Shown here in pieces: positions 1 to 23,975 of a DNA stretch of 64,000 nt; positions within the stretch are counted from its first letter, which is position 1; the number at the start of each line of letters is the position of its first letter. A program made the translations under genes and the position numbers. Origin of the DNA: the human T2T-CHM13v2.0 reference genome, Homo sapiens. Below the pieces are notes generated by a model. The model was given only the letters and a program-made list of their open reading frames with translations. It ran no database searches and was not told the origin of the DNA. The DNA is taken from NCBI RefSeq assembly GCF_009914755.1, contig NC_060943.1, one strand, 5' to 3'.

Positions 1-724
1 GCTGTGTTTATCTCTTCATCTTTTGAAGGGACATTTGGGTGGCTTTCCAGTTTGAGCTGTGGTGAACAGTGCTGCTAGGAACATTCGTGGACTTTTGCTG
101 ACCTATTAATCTTGGCTGCTGTCTGTCGCTCACACTGGACTTTGAGTCTCACAGGGGCAACTGCTTCAGCCTGTATCATCTCCTGCTGTGCCGGGGCCCA
201 GCTCAGAATCAGACACTGTGGATGCTTAGTAAACGCCTGTTGAGTCCATGAATCCCTCCTACAAGGGCGTCCGAGGGCAGGACAGGGCTGTCCCCAAGCT
301 GTCTGAGGTTGGCCAAGGCTCCCGACCTCTCGGGGACAACTTCGATTTCCAAATCTGTGAAATGGGTCCAAACCACTCCAGTCGAGAGGACAGTCTCCCT
401 TCCTTTGATATTAGGTAGGAGCAATGCTGGGGACACTGGGGGTTTTAACTGCGGCTTGTGGGCCTCCCATTCAACCCCCCATTTTAACTGACCCATTGCT
501 GGGTGCCAAGCTCTGGTCTAGGCACGAAGGACACTGCAGGGTCGGGGCAGACAGACATCCCTGCCCACACGGACCTCCCAGTCTGAAGGGGAGAAGAACA
601 AGAAGCCAGAGTATCTCGAAGGGTGACAGTGTGTAAAGCAAGCCAGCTGCCCCTCCCAGGCAGTTGGATACAGATCTCACGACAACCCCGATGATGGGAT
701 TGATGGTTTCACTTTTGCAATTAG

Positions 725-1417
<693 letters not shown>

Positions 1418-1669
1418 GCTGTTCACTTGAATGCAGCATTCCACAGCATGGGGGAACCCGGATGAAGGCTGTGTGAAGGCCCACACTGGACAAGGACCCC
1501 CCACGGGGCCTTCCCCATCAGACTGGAGCTGTCATTCCCCCACAGCACAGGATGGACAGGGGGAACGTCCAGGCTCGGGCCAGCCCCCAGGAGTCCAGGC
1601 AGCCCTGGAGTGTGGGGAAGGGAAACAGGCCCAGCTCAGCCTACTGACCCCGCTGTCTTCCTGTTCCAG

Positions 1670-1744
1670 ACACGACCGACTTCCAGGAGAGCTTTGTCAC
1701 CTCCGGCGTGTTCAGCGTCACTGAGCTCATCCAAGTGTCCCGGA
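1670..1744 (+). CDS. NFIC: NFIC (nuclear factor I/C, CTF) internal coding exon 4, 75 bp
   Basis: Flanked by ctgttccag| and |gtgagt. Translates (D)[24 protein letters not shown](T), an NFI-family motif just downstream of the DNA-binding domain. Exon numbering is from knowledge of the gene. Confidence 0.96.
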
Positions 1745-2427
1745 GTGAGTGTTCCCGTCAGCCCTGAGCTGGGTCTTGGAGAGGGGAGGGGGCCGCAGGG
1801 AGGAAGGAGCCCACCCCCCTCACCCTACTCCTTGTCCTTTCCAGACAACCCCTGTGTCACTAAGCCAAGGTTCCTAGAAAGGGAGGTGGCCAGGCCCTTC
1901 CCAGAGCCCAAGGTCAGGGCTCCCTCCCACCTCTCCAGGAAACAGAATCTAAATGCTGGATGGCAACTAAGGAAACTTCTGCCCCAGCATCCCTCCTCCT
2001 CCCTGGGGCCTCCACTGTCCTGTCCCAGGAGACCCCAAAGGACCCCGCCCCTCCTGTCCCCTTGCTTTCTCTGCTGACCTGCTGGGGACCCAGCACATTC
2101 CGTCACACACTGTCTGAATCCCACCCCAGCGAGTCCTGGGCGCTGTCCTTCTTTAGCCCTGACTGACACCTTCCCTGTCCCGATCAGCAGAGCCTGGCCT
2201 CCAGCTTTGGCTACACCTCTGCCTCACAGTGTGCTCTTGGCCTCTCCCCATGGCCTTGGTCCTCTGATCCATAGAATAAAACTGGTTTCAGCCACCCTAG
2301 GAACCGGGCCAATATGGGAAGGGGGTCCCCCTTTGGACTGCACCCAGTGGCTTTCCCTACCTCTCTAAAGCAAACCGCAGCACTGGGCACTGCTTCCTGC
2401 CTCACTCTCCTCTGTCACCCTCTGCAG

Positions 2428-2551
2428 CACCCGTGGTGACTGGAACAGGACCCAACTTCTCCCTGGGGGAGCTGCAGGGGCACCTGGCATACGACCTGAA
2501 CCCAGCCAGCACTGGCCTCAGAAGAACGCTGCCCAGCACCTCCTCCAGTGG
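2428..2551 (+). CDS. NFIC: NFIC coding exon 5, 124 bp
   Basis: Flanked by tctgcag| and |gtaagt. Translates [42 protein letters not shown], in phase with the adjacent exons. Confidence 0.96.
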
Positions 2552-3059
2552 GTAAGTACCCAGGTGCCCACCTCTGGGCATTTCATGACCCCATTCATCA
2601 ACCCATCCCCTCTGGCCCGAGCTGACTCATTCCTCTCCCTGGAATACCTCTTTTCACGATTCACCTGGCCTGAGAAACTCCTACTCATCTCATCCTTCAA
2701 AACCCAGCCAGCCCCACGTGCCTCTTCCCCTAGCCCTGACAGCCCACCGTGGGCTCCCCCAGCCTCAAGTCCTGCCGGCTCAGCCAGCCCTTAGGACCCT
2801 CCCCACCCAGAAGAATGCAGACACAGGTTGTTGCTGAGATATGCTTTGTGACCTCGAGCAGGTCACATTGTGTGTGCCCCAGTTTCCCCATCCATAAAAT
2901 GGGATCATACCCCTAACAGGCAGTTCTGAGGACTACAGGTGGCCAGGAGATTAGCCAGGCTGCCTGGGTTTTGGTCTCCACCATGCTAGCTTGGTGTCCG
3001 ACCTGTGTTGAGACCCTCCCTGCCTCTGGCCCGGGTGTCCCATCCAAGCAATGGACAGG

Positions 3060-3620
3060 TTGGAACAGGCGTTCGTAGGGAACGGGCTGAACGCCCGCGG
3101 CTCCCGCGATGTCTCGCGATACTACCTCCCTCGCCCCCGCTCACTTAAGGACCGGAAGTAGCAAAGCCCGCCGTCGCGCCCCCCGCCCCGCGTCTCCCTG
3201 GTAACCAGCCTCTCCCCTTCCCTCGCCCATAAGGAGCAAGCGGCACAAATCGGGCTCGATGGAGGAAGACGTGGACACGAGCCCTGGCGGCGATTACTAC
3301 ACTTCGCCCAGCTCGCCCACGAGTAGCAGCCGCAACTGGACGGAGGACATGGAAGGAGGTAGGGCTGGTGGCGGGGGCGGAGCCGGCCTTCCGGTCTGAG
3401 TCACCGCGGCGGGAACTACGTCTTCCGGCAGCCACTGCGCGGGCGCCGCGGGGCAGGAAGCCGGCCTGGAGCCGCGGGGCCTCCTGGGAATTGTAGTCGT
3501 CCCGAGCTGCGCTTGGCTGGAAGTACGGTCCGGGTTCGCGTTCTCGGATCTCTTTGGTTCCGCTGCGGCGAAGGAGGGCAGAGACTGTCCCCTGCCTGAC
3601 TCTCCTGCCCTCCGGCCGTG
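3060..3620. promoter_or_regulatory. Intragenic CpG island over NFIC exon 6 with promoter-type motifs
   Basis: High CpG density; CCGGAAGT at 3152-3159; GC box at ~3374; TGAGTCA at 3397-3403; ZNF143 SBS GACTACAATTCCCAG on the - strand at 3498-3484. Confidence 0.7.
3234..3358 (+). CDS. NFIC: NFIC coding exon 6, 125 bp
   Basis: Flanked by cccataag| and |gtaggg. Translates [41 protein letters not shown]. Confidence 0.95.
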
Positions 3621-3727
3621 AATGCCACATCTCTGTGGGGTCCCCGAGCTGCAGGATGGACTCAGTAGTGACTCTGATCAACAGGGCGCCTCTTCCTGGG
3701 ATCTGTCATAGAATCCCTCGTCTGTAG

Positions 3728-5110
<1,383 letters not shown>

Positions 5111-5235
5111 GTTCTTTGGGAGCTACAGGAGGAGGAAGGGTAGGATGTGCGTGAAGCAACCGTCTGGCCCATGCGACATACCCGGGAAACGGGAGGTCAC
5201 TGTCATCCACGTCTTTATAACATTCCTGTCTCTGA

Positions 5236-9245
<4,010 letters not shown>

Positions 9246-10409
9246 TGGCCGCTTTTTCTCTATGTCCCTTCCCAACATTTTAGTCCCAGACAGCCCTGCG
9301 GAGGTGCCTGGCAGGCACCTCATTTTGCAGAGGGAAACCCTGAGGCTCAAAGAGGTGACATCACCTGCTCCAGGTCACCCCAGCGGCAAGCGGGTGCACA
9401 GGGACACGGAACCACGTGGCCGTTCCCAGCGGCCCCACTCAGGGTACCTCGCTCTCTTTGTTTTATGGGGCATCTGTGATGTCCTAAGCCGGGTTATTTC
9501 CCCTCCCGGCAACACTCTGTGAGATCAGGGCTGCCCCTGGCCATCAGTTGACAAGTGGGGAAACTGAGGCCCAAAGGTCCCACAGCAAAGAAGGGGCAGA
9601 GCCCCGAGCTTATGCCCAGTGCTTCCTGGGCCTCTCCCCATCGCTGTGGCCTGCATCGGTAAACATTTCGCAGCCTCTGAAGTCCCAAGGGGGACGCCTC
9701 AGAACAGGCCTGGCCCCTGGGCTGGAGCAGGGTTCCTGAGGTTCCCAGTGGGGCCCAGCTGTAACCTCATTGGTGGACCGAGGCAAGGGCCAGAGGGGCC
9801 CAAGGGAAGGGCCAGAGGGGCCGGGGGCACAGGAAGGGCCGGAGGGGCTGGGGGCACGGGGAGGGCCAGGCTTATTGTTGCAGCCTGCAAGGCTGTCCCA
9901 AGCCGGGTGCCTCCGCAGAGGGAGGACACAAAACAGGAACCCAGGCAGGCAGGGTCTCTCCCGAAGGTGCCCTTGGCCCCTGGCCACCACCCTGGGATGC
10001 TCCTCCTCCTCCTCGGCATCCTCCCCCCACCCTTCCCTGCCCTTTCCAGCTTCCTGTCTAGACAGCCCCCAATTAGCCACTCATTAAGGGGGTTAAGCTG
10101 ATTAGAGCAGCTCTCCCTTCCTCTGGCGGACTCGGGGCCTTTTCTCCCGGGCAGTGCTCAGCCAGTCCCCAACCCTGAGGCTCACAGAGGCCTGGGGGGA
10201 TCATGCCAGCCCGATGCCAGGCAAGACCCCCACCCCACACCTCCAGGCCCCACATTCCAGCCTCTAGGCTTTGCCCGCTTGGGGCCTGGGCCAGGCCCTT
10301 TCTCCTGGCCGCCTCCACCCGAGGCCTCCCTGCTTACGCGGCTGCGTGGGGTGGAGGGAAGGTGCCTTGGAGCAGCCCCCACTGTGCTTTGTTTTTGCTG
10401 CTTGTGTAG

Positions 10410-10841
<432 letters not shown>

Positions 10842-11055
10842 TAACCCCAGGGTGGAGGCTAGTGCAACGTGGCCTGGGGAGGGACAGAGTTGGGTTCCAA
10901 CTCCACCTCCACCCCCCCTTGGCTCTATGGCCTTAGGCGAGTGACGTCCCCCATCAGGCCTCAGCCTCCACATCTGTGAAATGGGCGCAGCTCCTGTAAG
11001 CTCTGCACGGGGCAGCTGTGAGGACCACATTAAGAGAGGAGGCTAGTGCCTTCAC

Positions 11056-12010
11056 AGAAGGTCCTCACCCAGGGCGATGCTGCCCCACCCCCAGGGACAC
11101 TGGCCGGTGTCTAGGGACATCTGTGGTTGTCACAACTGGGAGAGCTCTTGACATGGAGTGGGTCGAGGCCAGGGATGCTGCTTAGCACCCTGCAGTGCCC
11201 AGGACAGCCCCTCCCCAGGGAACGAGCCAGCCCCAATGTCTACAGTGCTGAGGCTGAGAAACCTGTATTAATTATGTAGAAAAAAATTGAGGCTGAGTGT
11301 GGTGGCTCACACCTGTAATCCCAGCACTTTGGGAGGCCAAGGCTGGAGGATCGCTTGAGCCTAGTAGTTTGATAACATAGGGAAACCCTGTCTCTACAAA
11401 AAAATACCAAATTAGCTGCATGTGGTGGCGTGTGCCTGTAGTCCCAGCTACTCGAGAGGCTGAGGTTGGGAGGATCGCTTGAGCCCAGGAGGTCAAGGCT
11501 GCAGTAAGCTATGATTGCACCACTGCACTCCAGTCTGGGCAACAGAGTGAGACCCTATCTCAAAAAAAAAAAAAGAAAAAGAAAAAAGTCTGCCCCCTGC
11601 TCACAACGGATTAAACTCCTAGTGTGGCAGACGGTGTGTAAACCAGGGGGACCCCCAGCTCCTGGGACTCACCTCCTCTCTCCCTCCCCACTCAAGGTGT
11701 GGATTTCAATGTGTGCAGCCTCCTGGGACCTCTGCAGGGCAGAGGATCATGGGACGCAGAGGATCATGGGACGCAGAGTCTCTTGGGGGTCCATGGAATC
11801 CTCTAAGACAGAGGATTTTACCTATGGGTGATCCTGACCCCAGAGGACACTGGGTGACATCTGGGGACCTGTGTGGTTGTCACGACTGCAGGGTGGTCCT
11901 GGCATGGATTGGGTCCAGGGACACCGCTTAGCACCCTGCAGTGCTCAGGATGGCCCCACCCTAGAGAATGATCCGGTCCCAAATGTCCACAGGGCCCAGA
12001 GGAGACCTTG
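11056..12010 (+). mobile_element. MER20 - (Alu 11290-11586) - spacer - MER20 cassette, copy 1
   Basis: The motifs ggacatctgtggttgtcac and gcaccctgcagtgc occur twice (with minor variation). Confidence 0.8.
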
Positions 12011-12179
12011 GTGCACTGTCAACGCCCCGTGGTCACTGCTGTCCTCATCAGATTCATGCCCTGCATCGGGGCCTCTGTCCACTCCACACACTCTGTGTAG
12101 GGCCCCTCCTGACCCCGGACCCTAGAGACCCAGCCAGAGTGGGCCTTGGCCCCCTGGGGGAGCCGGCATTTCAGTGGGA

Positions 12180-12416
12180 GATGGGCTTGTTTGTTGAGCA
12201 AACAAATGGCTGCTCCGACGGGGTGATGAGGGCCTTTTGTCAAATACAAAGAGGAGGTCAGATGGGCGTGTGTGACAAATGGCTGCTCCGACGGGGTGAT
12301 GAGGGCCTTTTGTCAAATAGAGGAGGTCAGATGGGCGTGTGTGACAAATGGCTGCTCCGTCGGGGTGATGAGGGCCTTTTGTCAAATACAGAGAGGAGGT
12401 CAGATGGGCGTGTGTG
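12180..12416. repeat. ~70-bp tandem repeat x3 in NFIC intron 6
   Basis: acaaatggctgctccg...gatgggcgtgtgtg units start at 12202, 12275 and 12344. Confidence 0.9.
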
Positions 12417-12938
12417 TTAAACAGACAGGAAGAAGCTCTGATGGGGGAGCCCTCGGGCCTGCGTCCTCCTCACAGTCAATATTCTCAGATGGGGCATTCA
12501 GGATGCCGGGAGGGGCGTATGGATGTGTTCCCTGAGAGGAAAGATGGCCACTGAGATGGGCGGGGGACGCACATGCCCGCTGGCTGAACAGGGAGGTCCC
12601 ACAGGGGTCCCAGGCATGCCTGCTGAACAGACAGAGGATGCTTGGAGGCGGGGTGCAGAGTCAGTGTCCGTAGAGCCTGCCGGGAGCGTGCCGGCTTATT
12701 CTTTCTCGCGGTGCCTGAGCTGCGCTCCCCCCTCCTTCCTGCCCTGCCCTGGCTGCCGCTGGCCCCATCTCAGGAAGCTCTAGCGGTGCCTGCAGGGATG
12801 TGGCGGCCGGGGGTGGAGTCTGAGCCAGACTATTTCCATCCAGGACAAGCGGTTCTAGGAAATCCTCCTAAATGAGCGTCTGACAACCCTAACCTCGTTC
12901 CCGCCGTGGCCCTGCGCTTGCAGGGAGCTGCCAGCCCC

Positions 12939-13385
12939 TGCACACACACACACACGCTTGCACACACGCATGCATGCTCATACATATATGCACGCACGTG
13001 CACAGGCGTGCACACATGTATGCATGCATGCTTGCAGACCTGTACGTGTGCGTGCAAGCACACATACATAGACATGAACATGCATGTGCAGGCATACACA
13101 TACATGCATATATTCACGTGCACACGCATGTGCGCATTCACACACATAGACACGTGCACAGGCATACACATACACAGATATGAACGTGCATGTACAGGCA
13201 TACATATGCAGGCGTGCACACGTCCACATATGCTCACATGCGTACACACACATGCACAGACATGCACACATGCATGCAGCTGTGCACATGCGTGCAGGCA
13301 TACACACATACATGCACGCACACACATGCATGTATTCACATGCACACACACACGTGCACAGGCATACACATGCACACACACGTGC
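12939..13385. repeat. Degenerate (CA/TG)n alternating purine-pyrimidine tract
   Basis: ~445 bp of cacaca/catgca/cacgtg. Confidence 0.92.
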
Positions 13386-14019
13386 CGACAAGACCAGCCT
13401 GGCCTCCCCGGCTCCAGGCCACCCTCATTCCTGCCACATCCTCCTGCCCTGGAAAAGCCCGGGCCTGGCTGCTGGGGCCCAGCTTGGTCACAGACTTCAT
13501 GGCATCCCACTGGGCAGTGGGGCCTCTCTGGGTGGCTCAGCCTCGATGTCCGAGGCCTCAGGAGTGTTCCCCCTTGAGTGTTCACAGGCTGGGCATGAGT
13601 GGAGGTGTCATCCTTCCTGCCCCCCATGTGGGTGTCCTGGGTGCCCGCCTCCTCCAGAGCCGGGTGTTCCCGGGTCCCTGGGAACTGCTGACCTGCTTCT
13701 GGGGTGTGTCCCAGTGACACCTTCACTCCTCACAGCATGGTGTGTGCAGGGCCATGGGGACAGCTGGTTCCATAACCACAAAAGCAGATGAAGAGCTGCA
13801 TGTCCCCCCACAGCTGGGTCCTGGATCTGGGCTCCCCCTGGGCTGCAGCCATCAGAGAGGACGGAAGTTCCCTGAGTGGTAACCCCGTTCAGGGAAGGAT
13901 GCAGCGATGCTGGGAGGATGGAGGAGGTGGGGACAGGACTGGGGAGGGCCTGTACCACACAGATGCCTGCAGGTGCCTATGGAACCACCAGCAGGAGACC
14001 CAAGACACGGTGACATCCT

Positions 14020-14655
14020 CACCGTTTCTCATCAGGGCATCACCCGGGGACAGCAGGTCACATCTGGGGACATCCGTGGTTGTCCCCACTGAGGGGCGCT
14101 CTTGGCACGGAGTGGGTGGAGGCCAGGGGTGCTGCTCAGCGCCCTGCAGTGCCCAGGACAGCTCCCTACAGAGACCGATCTGGCCCCCACATCAGCAGTG
14201 CTGAGACTGAGAAATCCTGCGTGAATTATTTGGAAAATATTGAGTTACGTCACTGCTCACACCAGACACCAGAAGAAGCTCCTGACAGGGCAGACGGTAG
14301 AAACCAGGGGGACCCCAGCTCCTGGGATTCACCTCCTCTCTCCCTCCTCACTCCGTGTGGATTTCAGTGTGTGCAGCCTCCTGGGACCACAGCAGGGCAG
14401 AGGATCATGGGACATAGTCTCGTGGAGGGTCCATGGGATCCCCTAACCCAGAGGGTCTCACCCACACGTGATTCTTGCCCAGGGTACTTTTGGTGATGTC
14501 TGGGGACATCTGTGGTTGTTACAACCGGGGGTGCTCCTGGCATGAAGTGGGTGGTGGCCAGGGACTCTGCTCAGCACCCTGCAGTGCCCAGGAGGGCCCC
14601 ACCCCAGAGAATGATCCAGCCCCAGTGTCCACAGTGCCTGTCTGAGAGACCCTGG
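14020..14655 (+). mobile_element. MER20 - spacer - MER20 cassette, copy 2
   Basis: Same architecture and homologous spacer as copy 1. Confidence 0.8.
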
Positions 14656-14869
14656 AGGTAAGGAACTCCAAGGGCCAGGTCGAAGGGAAGCTAAACTCAT
14701 CACCCTGTTTGGATGGTCTCAGTAGATATGTTTTACCTTAAAAGAAATGTAAAAATCCTTTCTAAAAATTCGGCTCCCCAGGGCACGCCTCCCTGAGATT
14801 CCATTTCCAGGGATAGGGTAGGGCCCAGGACACTGCATTTCTCAGGCAAGATGTGATCCTTAGCCCTCA

Positions 14870-16536
<1,667 letters not shown>

Positions 16537-17152
16537 TGAGGAAGGTGTGAGGGGCTGAGCTGCTGAGTTGGGGGCTGTGGGGGCTTTTGTCCCAGGCAGC
16601 CTGGGAGGTAGTGAGGCCCCTGTCTGCAGAGTGATGCCAGCAAGTCACTGCAGAGGGGGGATGCACCTCATTTCAGCCCCAGGGAGGCTCCGTTCCTTCC
16701 TCCCGCGTGGACGAGGGAAGGCAGAGCTGAGCTGGGGCTTGTCTGTGCGCCCTTAGCCAGTCAGGGTCTAACTGGACTTCGGATCTGACTGTCTCTGCCC
16801 TCCCTGCCACCTTCTCTAGGGCTCGGGTGACTCCCAGGTGATGGGGCAGCCCTGAGCCTTCCCATTTCTCTGGAAGGAGAGTAGGCAAGGGCCAGGAGCG
16901 AGGCCCAGGGGCACGTGTTGATACCCAGCTCTCCATCCCCCGGCTGTGCCGCCCTGGCTAGCCCCTTCTCTGCTCTGAGCCTTCGTTTACTCCTCTGTGT
17001 AATGGGCTCACAGCCTCTCCCCCTCAGGATTCTGGGGTAAGAGGAGGCGGGGTGATGAGGCTTCCTATCCCTTCGGAGGCTGGCTTTGGGGAAGGTCCAG
17101 GGCTCATGGGGTGTGACCAGCCTGTGACTCTCTCGTCCCATCCCCTCCACAG

Positions 17153-17278
17153 GCATCTCGTCCCCGGTGAAGAAGACAGAGATGGACAAGTCACCATTCA
17201 ACAGCCCGTCCCCCCAGGACTCTCCCCGCCTCTCCAGCTTCACCCAGCACCACCGGCCCGTCATCGCCGTGCACAGCG
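17153..17278 (+). CDS. NFIC: NFIC coding exon 7, 126 bp
   Basis: Flanked by ctccacag| and |gtaagc. Translates [42 protein letters not shown]; overlaps ORF 17167..17394. Confidence 0.96.
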
Positions 17279-17558
17279 GTAAGCGCCACGGGCCCCTGGC
17301 GGGGAGGGGCGGCGGGCCCTCCTATCAGGCCTCTCACAGCCGGGGAAGTCCCACTGGATGTCTGACCATGAGTCCTATTGCTGTAGCCTTCTAGGTGGGC
17401 AAAAAACCATAGAGGTGCCGTAGTGGAGAGCGCCCAGGGCCTTGTTCCAGCCCGGCTGAGAGGTTGGACTCAGTCCCTTTGGGCCTCAGTTTCCCCCCTG
17501 TATAACAAAAGGCTGCAACCTAACTTCACCTCACTCCCCTCACCCCCGTCTCAATCTA

Positions 17559-18823
<1,265 letters not shown>

Positions 18824-18977
18824 TCACCTTCCATGGTTGCCATTGGGATTAAGGGGGGTGAATTGTAGGAAGCCTCAAATATTGCTTACCACCCCATGTT
18901 CTAGTGATCAACTATTTAGTTCTTTACACAGTCATGCACACAGAGAGGCAGTCCCAAATCAAAGCAGCCATTTGGGC

Positions 18978-19830
<853 letters not shown>

Positions 19831-19973
19831 ATTTATAGTGTAGACTGTGGGGCCAGATGGGCTGGGTTCAAATTCCCGGTCTGCCATCTGATGCCGTGTG
19901 GCCCCAGGCAGGTGACACATCCCCTGAAGGCCACCCTGTCATCCTCTGTTTAAAAAAAAAAAAAAAAAGACGG

Positions 19974-21422
<1,449 letters not shown>

Positions 21423-21901
21423 TTACAAAAAAACCACCAAACTCAGTTCGAGCAAGACAGCGTTTGCCAGACTCCACAGGAAGCTTTGGATGTTCAGAGC
21501 TTTTCGGACTTTGGAACCACGGGCCAGGCCGTGGATGATGGTGGATGATGGCGTGCTCGCAGTGAATTAGGAAAAACGCGGAGAACCTGCTGTTAGGAGG
21601 CGGTGGCACTGTTTGGAAGGAAATCAGTCGAGTTGGCGTGCAGGGGGTTTACAGAGGAGATGCAGTGAGCGTGGCCCCAGTAGTGCCGGGCTTTGAGTGA
21701 CACCAGCAAGCGGGTGTCCCCAGGCCCCTCCACCTCCGGCCGTCCTCAGACCCACCAAACCCGCCATGGTCACACCCGCGCCCTGGCCCCCCAGCCTGCC
21801 ACCCCGTCCGGGCCGTGCACAGAGCCGGGGGCGGCCGGCGCCAGCAGCCCGAGGTAGAGGGGGAGCCCACCCCTTAACCACGTGTCTCTCTGTTCCCCCA
21901 G

Positions 21902-22055
21902 TTAAATGGAAGTGGTCAGCTCAAAATGCCCAGCCACTGCCTTTCTGCTCAGATGCTGGCACCTCCGCCCCCGGGGCTGCCACGGCTGGCGCTCCCCCCT
22001 GCCACCAAACCCGCCACCACCTCCGAGGGAGGAGCCACGTCGCCGACCTCGCCTT
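21902..22055 (+). CDS. NFIC: NFIC coding exon 9 (cassette, proline-rich activation domain), 154 bp
   Basis: Flanked by ttcccccag| and |gtaagc. Translates [51 protein letters not shown]. Confidence 0.95.
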
Positions 22056-23350
22056 GTAAGCACGCGGGAAGCGGTGCCCTGGTGGGGCGGATGTCCGCAG
22101 GGGGGCCTGTCCCCTCCCCAGCCCCACTGCCAGGTCAGAGGTCAGGCCCGACCCTGCAGGGCCTGGCGAGTTTGGTGGGTCTCCGGAAAACAGCCCAGTG
22201 GCCACGTGGTTGGGCCCATGTAGGGCTGAGGCAGCCTTAGGGGCTGGCCGGACCAAGCCTCGGGCCAGGGTGAGAGTCCAGGGTCTGTCCCCTTCGCCGA
22301 GTCACCTGGGGGACCCCGGTGCCCGCCGTGGGCCGTCAGAAACCCTCCCTGGTATGTCAGGCAGCTGACAGTGGACACGGATCTCACAGTGGCGGCCCGA
22401 GGGCCAGACTCGACCCCCAGACTGGTCTTTTGTTTGTGGAGAAAGAGAATCGGTTGTTATCATTTTAAAATCAGGACGTTTTACATAAACATTTCCAGAG
22501 TTCTGGCTTCTTGGGGAGAAAGGAGCTACACCAGGCCCAGTTCCTTTGGGTGACCTGGGCTGGACCACACCTTTAGATGGGACTCTCTTCGCCTGTCCAC
22601 CTGACCTGGAAGCCCCTGGGTTGGCGGCTGCTGCACCTTCTAGATTTTTCTGCTCTCTGGATGTGGTTCTGGGTGGCTGCTGGATGGCCCCTCGGTCCTG
22701 GCATCCCTGTCCTGAGGTCCACCCCATTCGTCCGCAGTGGCTCTACCCCCAGACTCTCCCCACGACCCCCATGCAGGCTTGGGTGGGTCACCCACCCTCA
22801 CAGGGCGCCAGACATCTCTGAACCCAGAGACCTCTCCCCATGGACTCCATCTGCCCCTCACCCCCCTTTTTGAGCATCTCTGTCCCTCACTCTCCAAATG
22901 AGACCCCCCACCCCACCCAAGCAGTTGGTGGCCACGGTTCCTTCTAGGTGCCCTCAGCTCCTCTTCTCCCTGCCCCGGCGTTCCTGTCCCCGTCCCCACT
23001 GCGTGCCAGAACCCAGGCTGCCTGCCCATAAAAACCGGCTTCTGATCACTGGCTGGAGGAGATCAGCCCCAAATCCACCCTGGGCTGGAATCCCACCTCT
23101 GCAGCTCTCTCACTGTGTGACCTCAGGCAGGTGTCTTCCCCTCTCTGAGCCTCAGTTTTCTCAGCTGCAAAGTGGGTTTGCCTTGGTGCCCAATTCACAG
23201 GGCAGTGGGGGACAAGCCGGTGACATGGGTCAGGGAGGCAGAGAGGACATTCCATGTGGCGCCTGATGCTGCGTGGTGTCAGGCAGCTGTGGTCATTCTT
23301 GCCGGCTGTCCCTGCCTGCTCATCTGTGAAATGGGAGCGTTGACTGCATA

Positions 23351-23975
23351 GGATCCAGTCAGGGCTCAGTGGGATCATGCCCAGAGCCTGGTATTCAGTA
23401 GACACTTAATAAATGCAGGATACTGCGTGGGATCCACTCAGGGCTCGATGGGATTATGCCCAGAGCCTGGCATACAGTAGACACTTAATAGATGCAGGAT
23501 ACTGTGTAGGATCCACTCAGGGCTCGGTGGGATTATGCCCAGTGCCTGGCATACAGTAGACACTTAATAGATGCAGGATACTGCGTAGGATCCACTCAGG
23601 GCTCGGTGGGATTATGCCCAGAGCCTGGCATACAGTAGACACTTAATAGGTGCAGGATACTGTGTAGGATCCACTCAGGGCTCAGTGGGATTATGCCCAG
23701 AGCCTGGTATACAATAGACACTTAATAGATGCAGGATACTGCTTAGGATCCACTCAGGGCTCGATGAGATTATGCCCAGAGCCTGGTTTACAGTAGACAC
23801 TTAATAGATGCAGGATGCTGCTTAGGATCCACTCAGGGCTCGGTGGGATTATGCCCAGAGCCTGGTATACAGTAGACACTTAATAGATGCAGGATGCTGC
23901 TTAGTATCCACTCAGGGCTCAACGGGATTATGTCCAGTGCCTGGCATACAGTACACACTTAATAAATGCAGGATA
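23351..23975. repeat. 79-bp minisatellite x8 in NFIC intron 9, built from a MIR/L2-type 3' end
   Basis: Units start at 23351, 23430, 23509, 23588, 23667, 23746, 23825 and 23904; each contains gcctggcatacagtagacacttaata-type sequence. Confidence 0.93.

Noticed and set aside
12830-13791. Several 137-298 aa Cys/His/Met-rich ORFs on both strands
   Set aside because: Translations of the (CA/TG)n tract, not metal-binding proteins.
23351-23975. Regular repeat array superficially CRISPR-like
   Set aside because: Whole 79-bp units repeat with no unique spacers; eukaryotic minisatellite, no cas genes.
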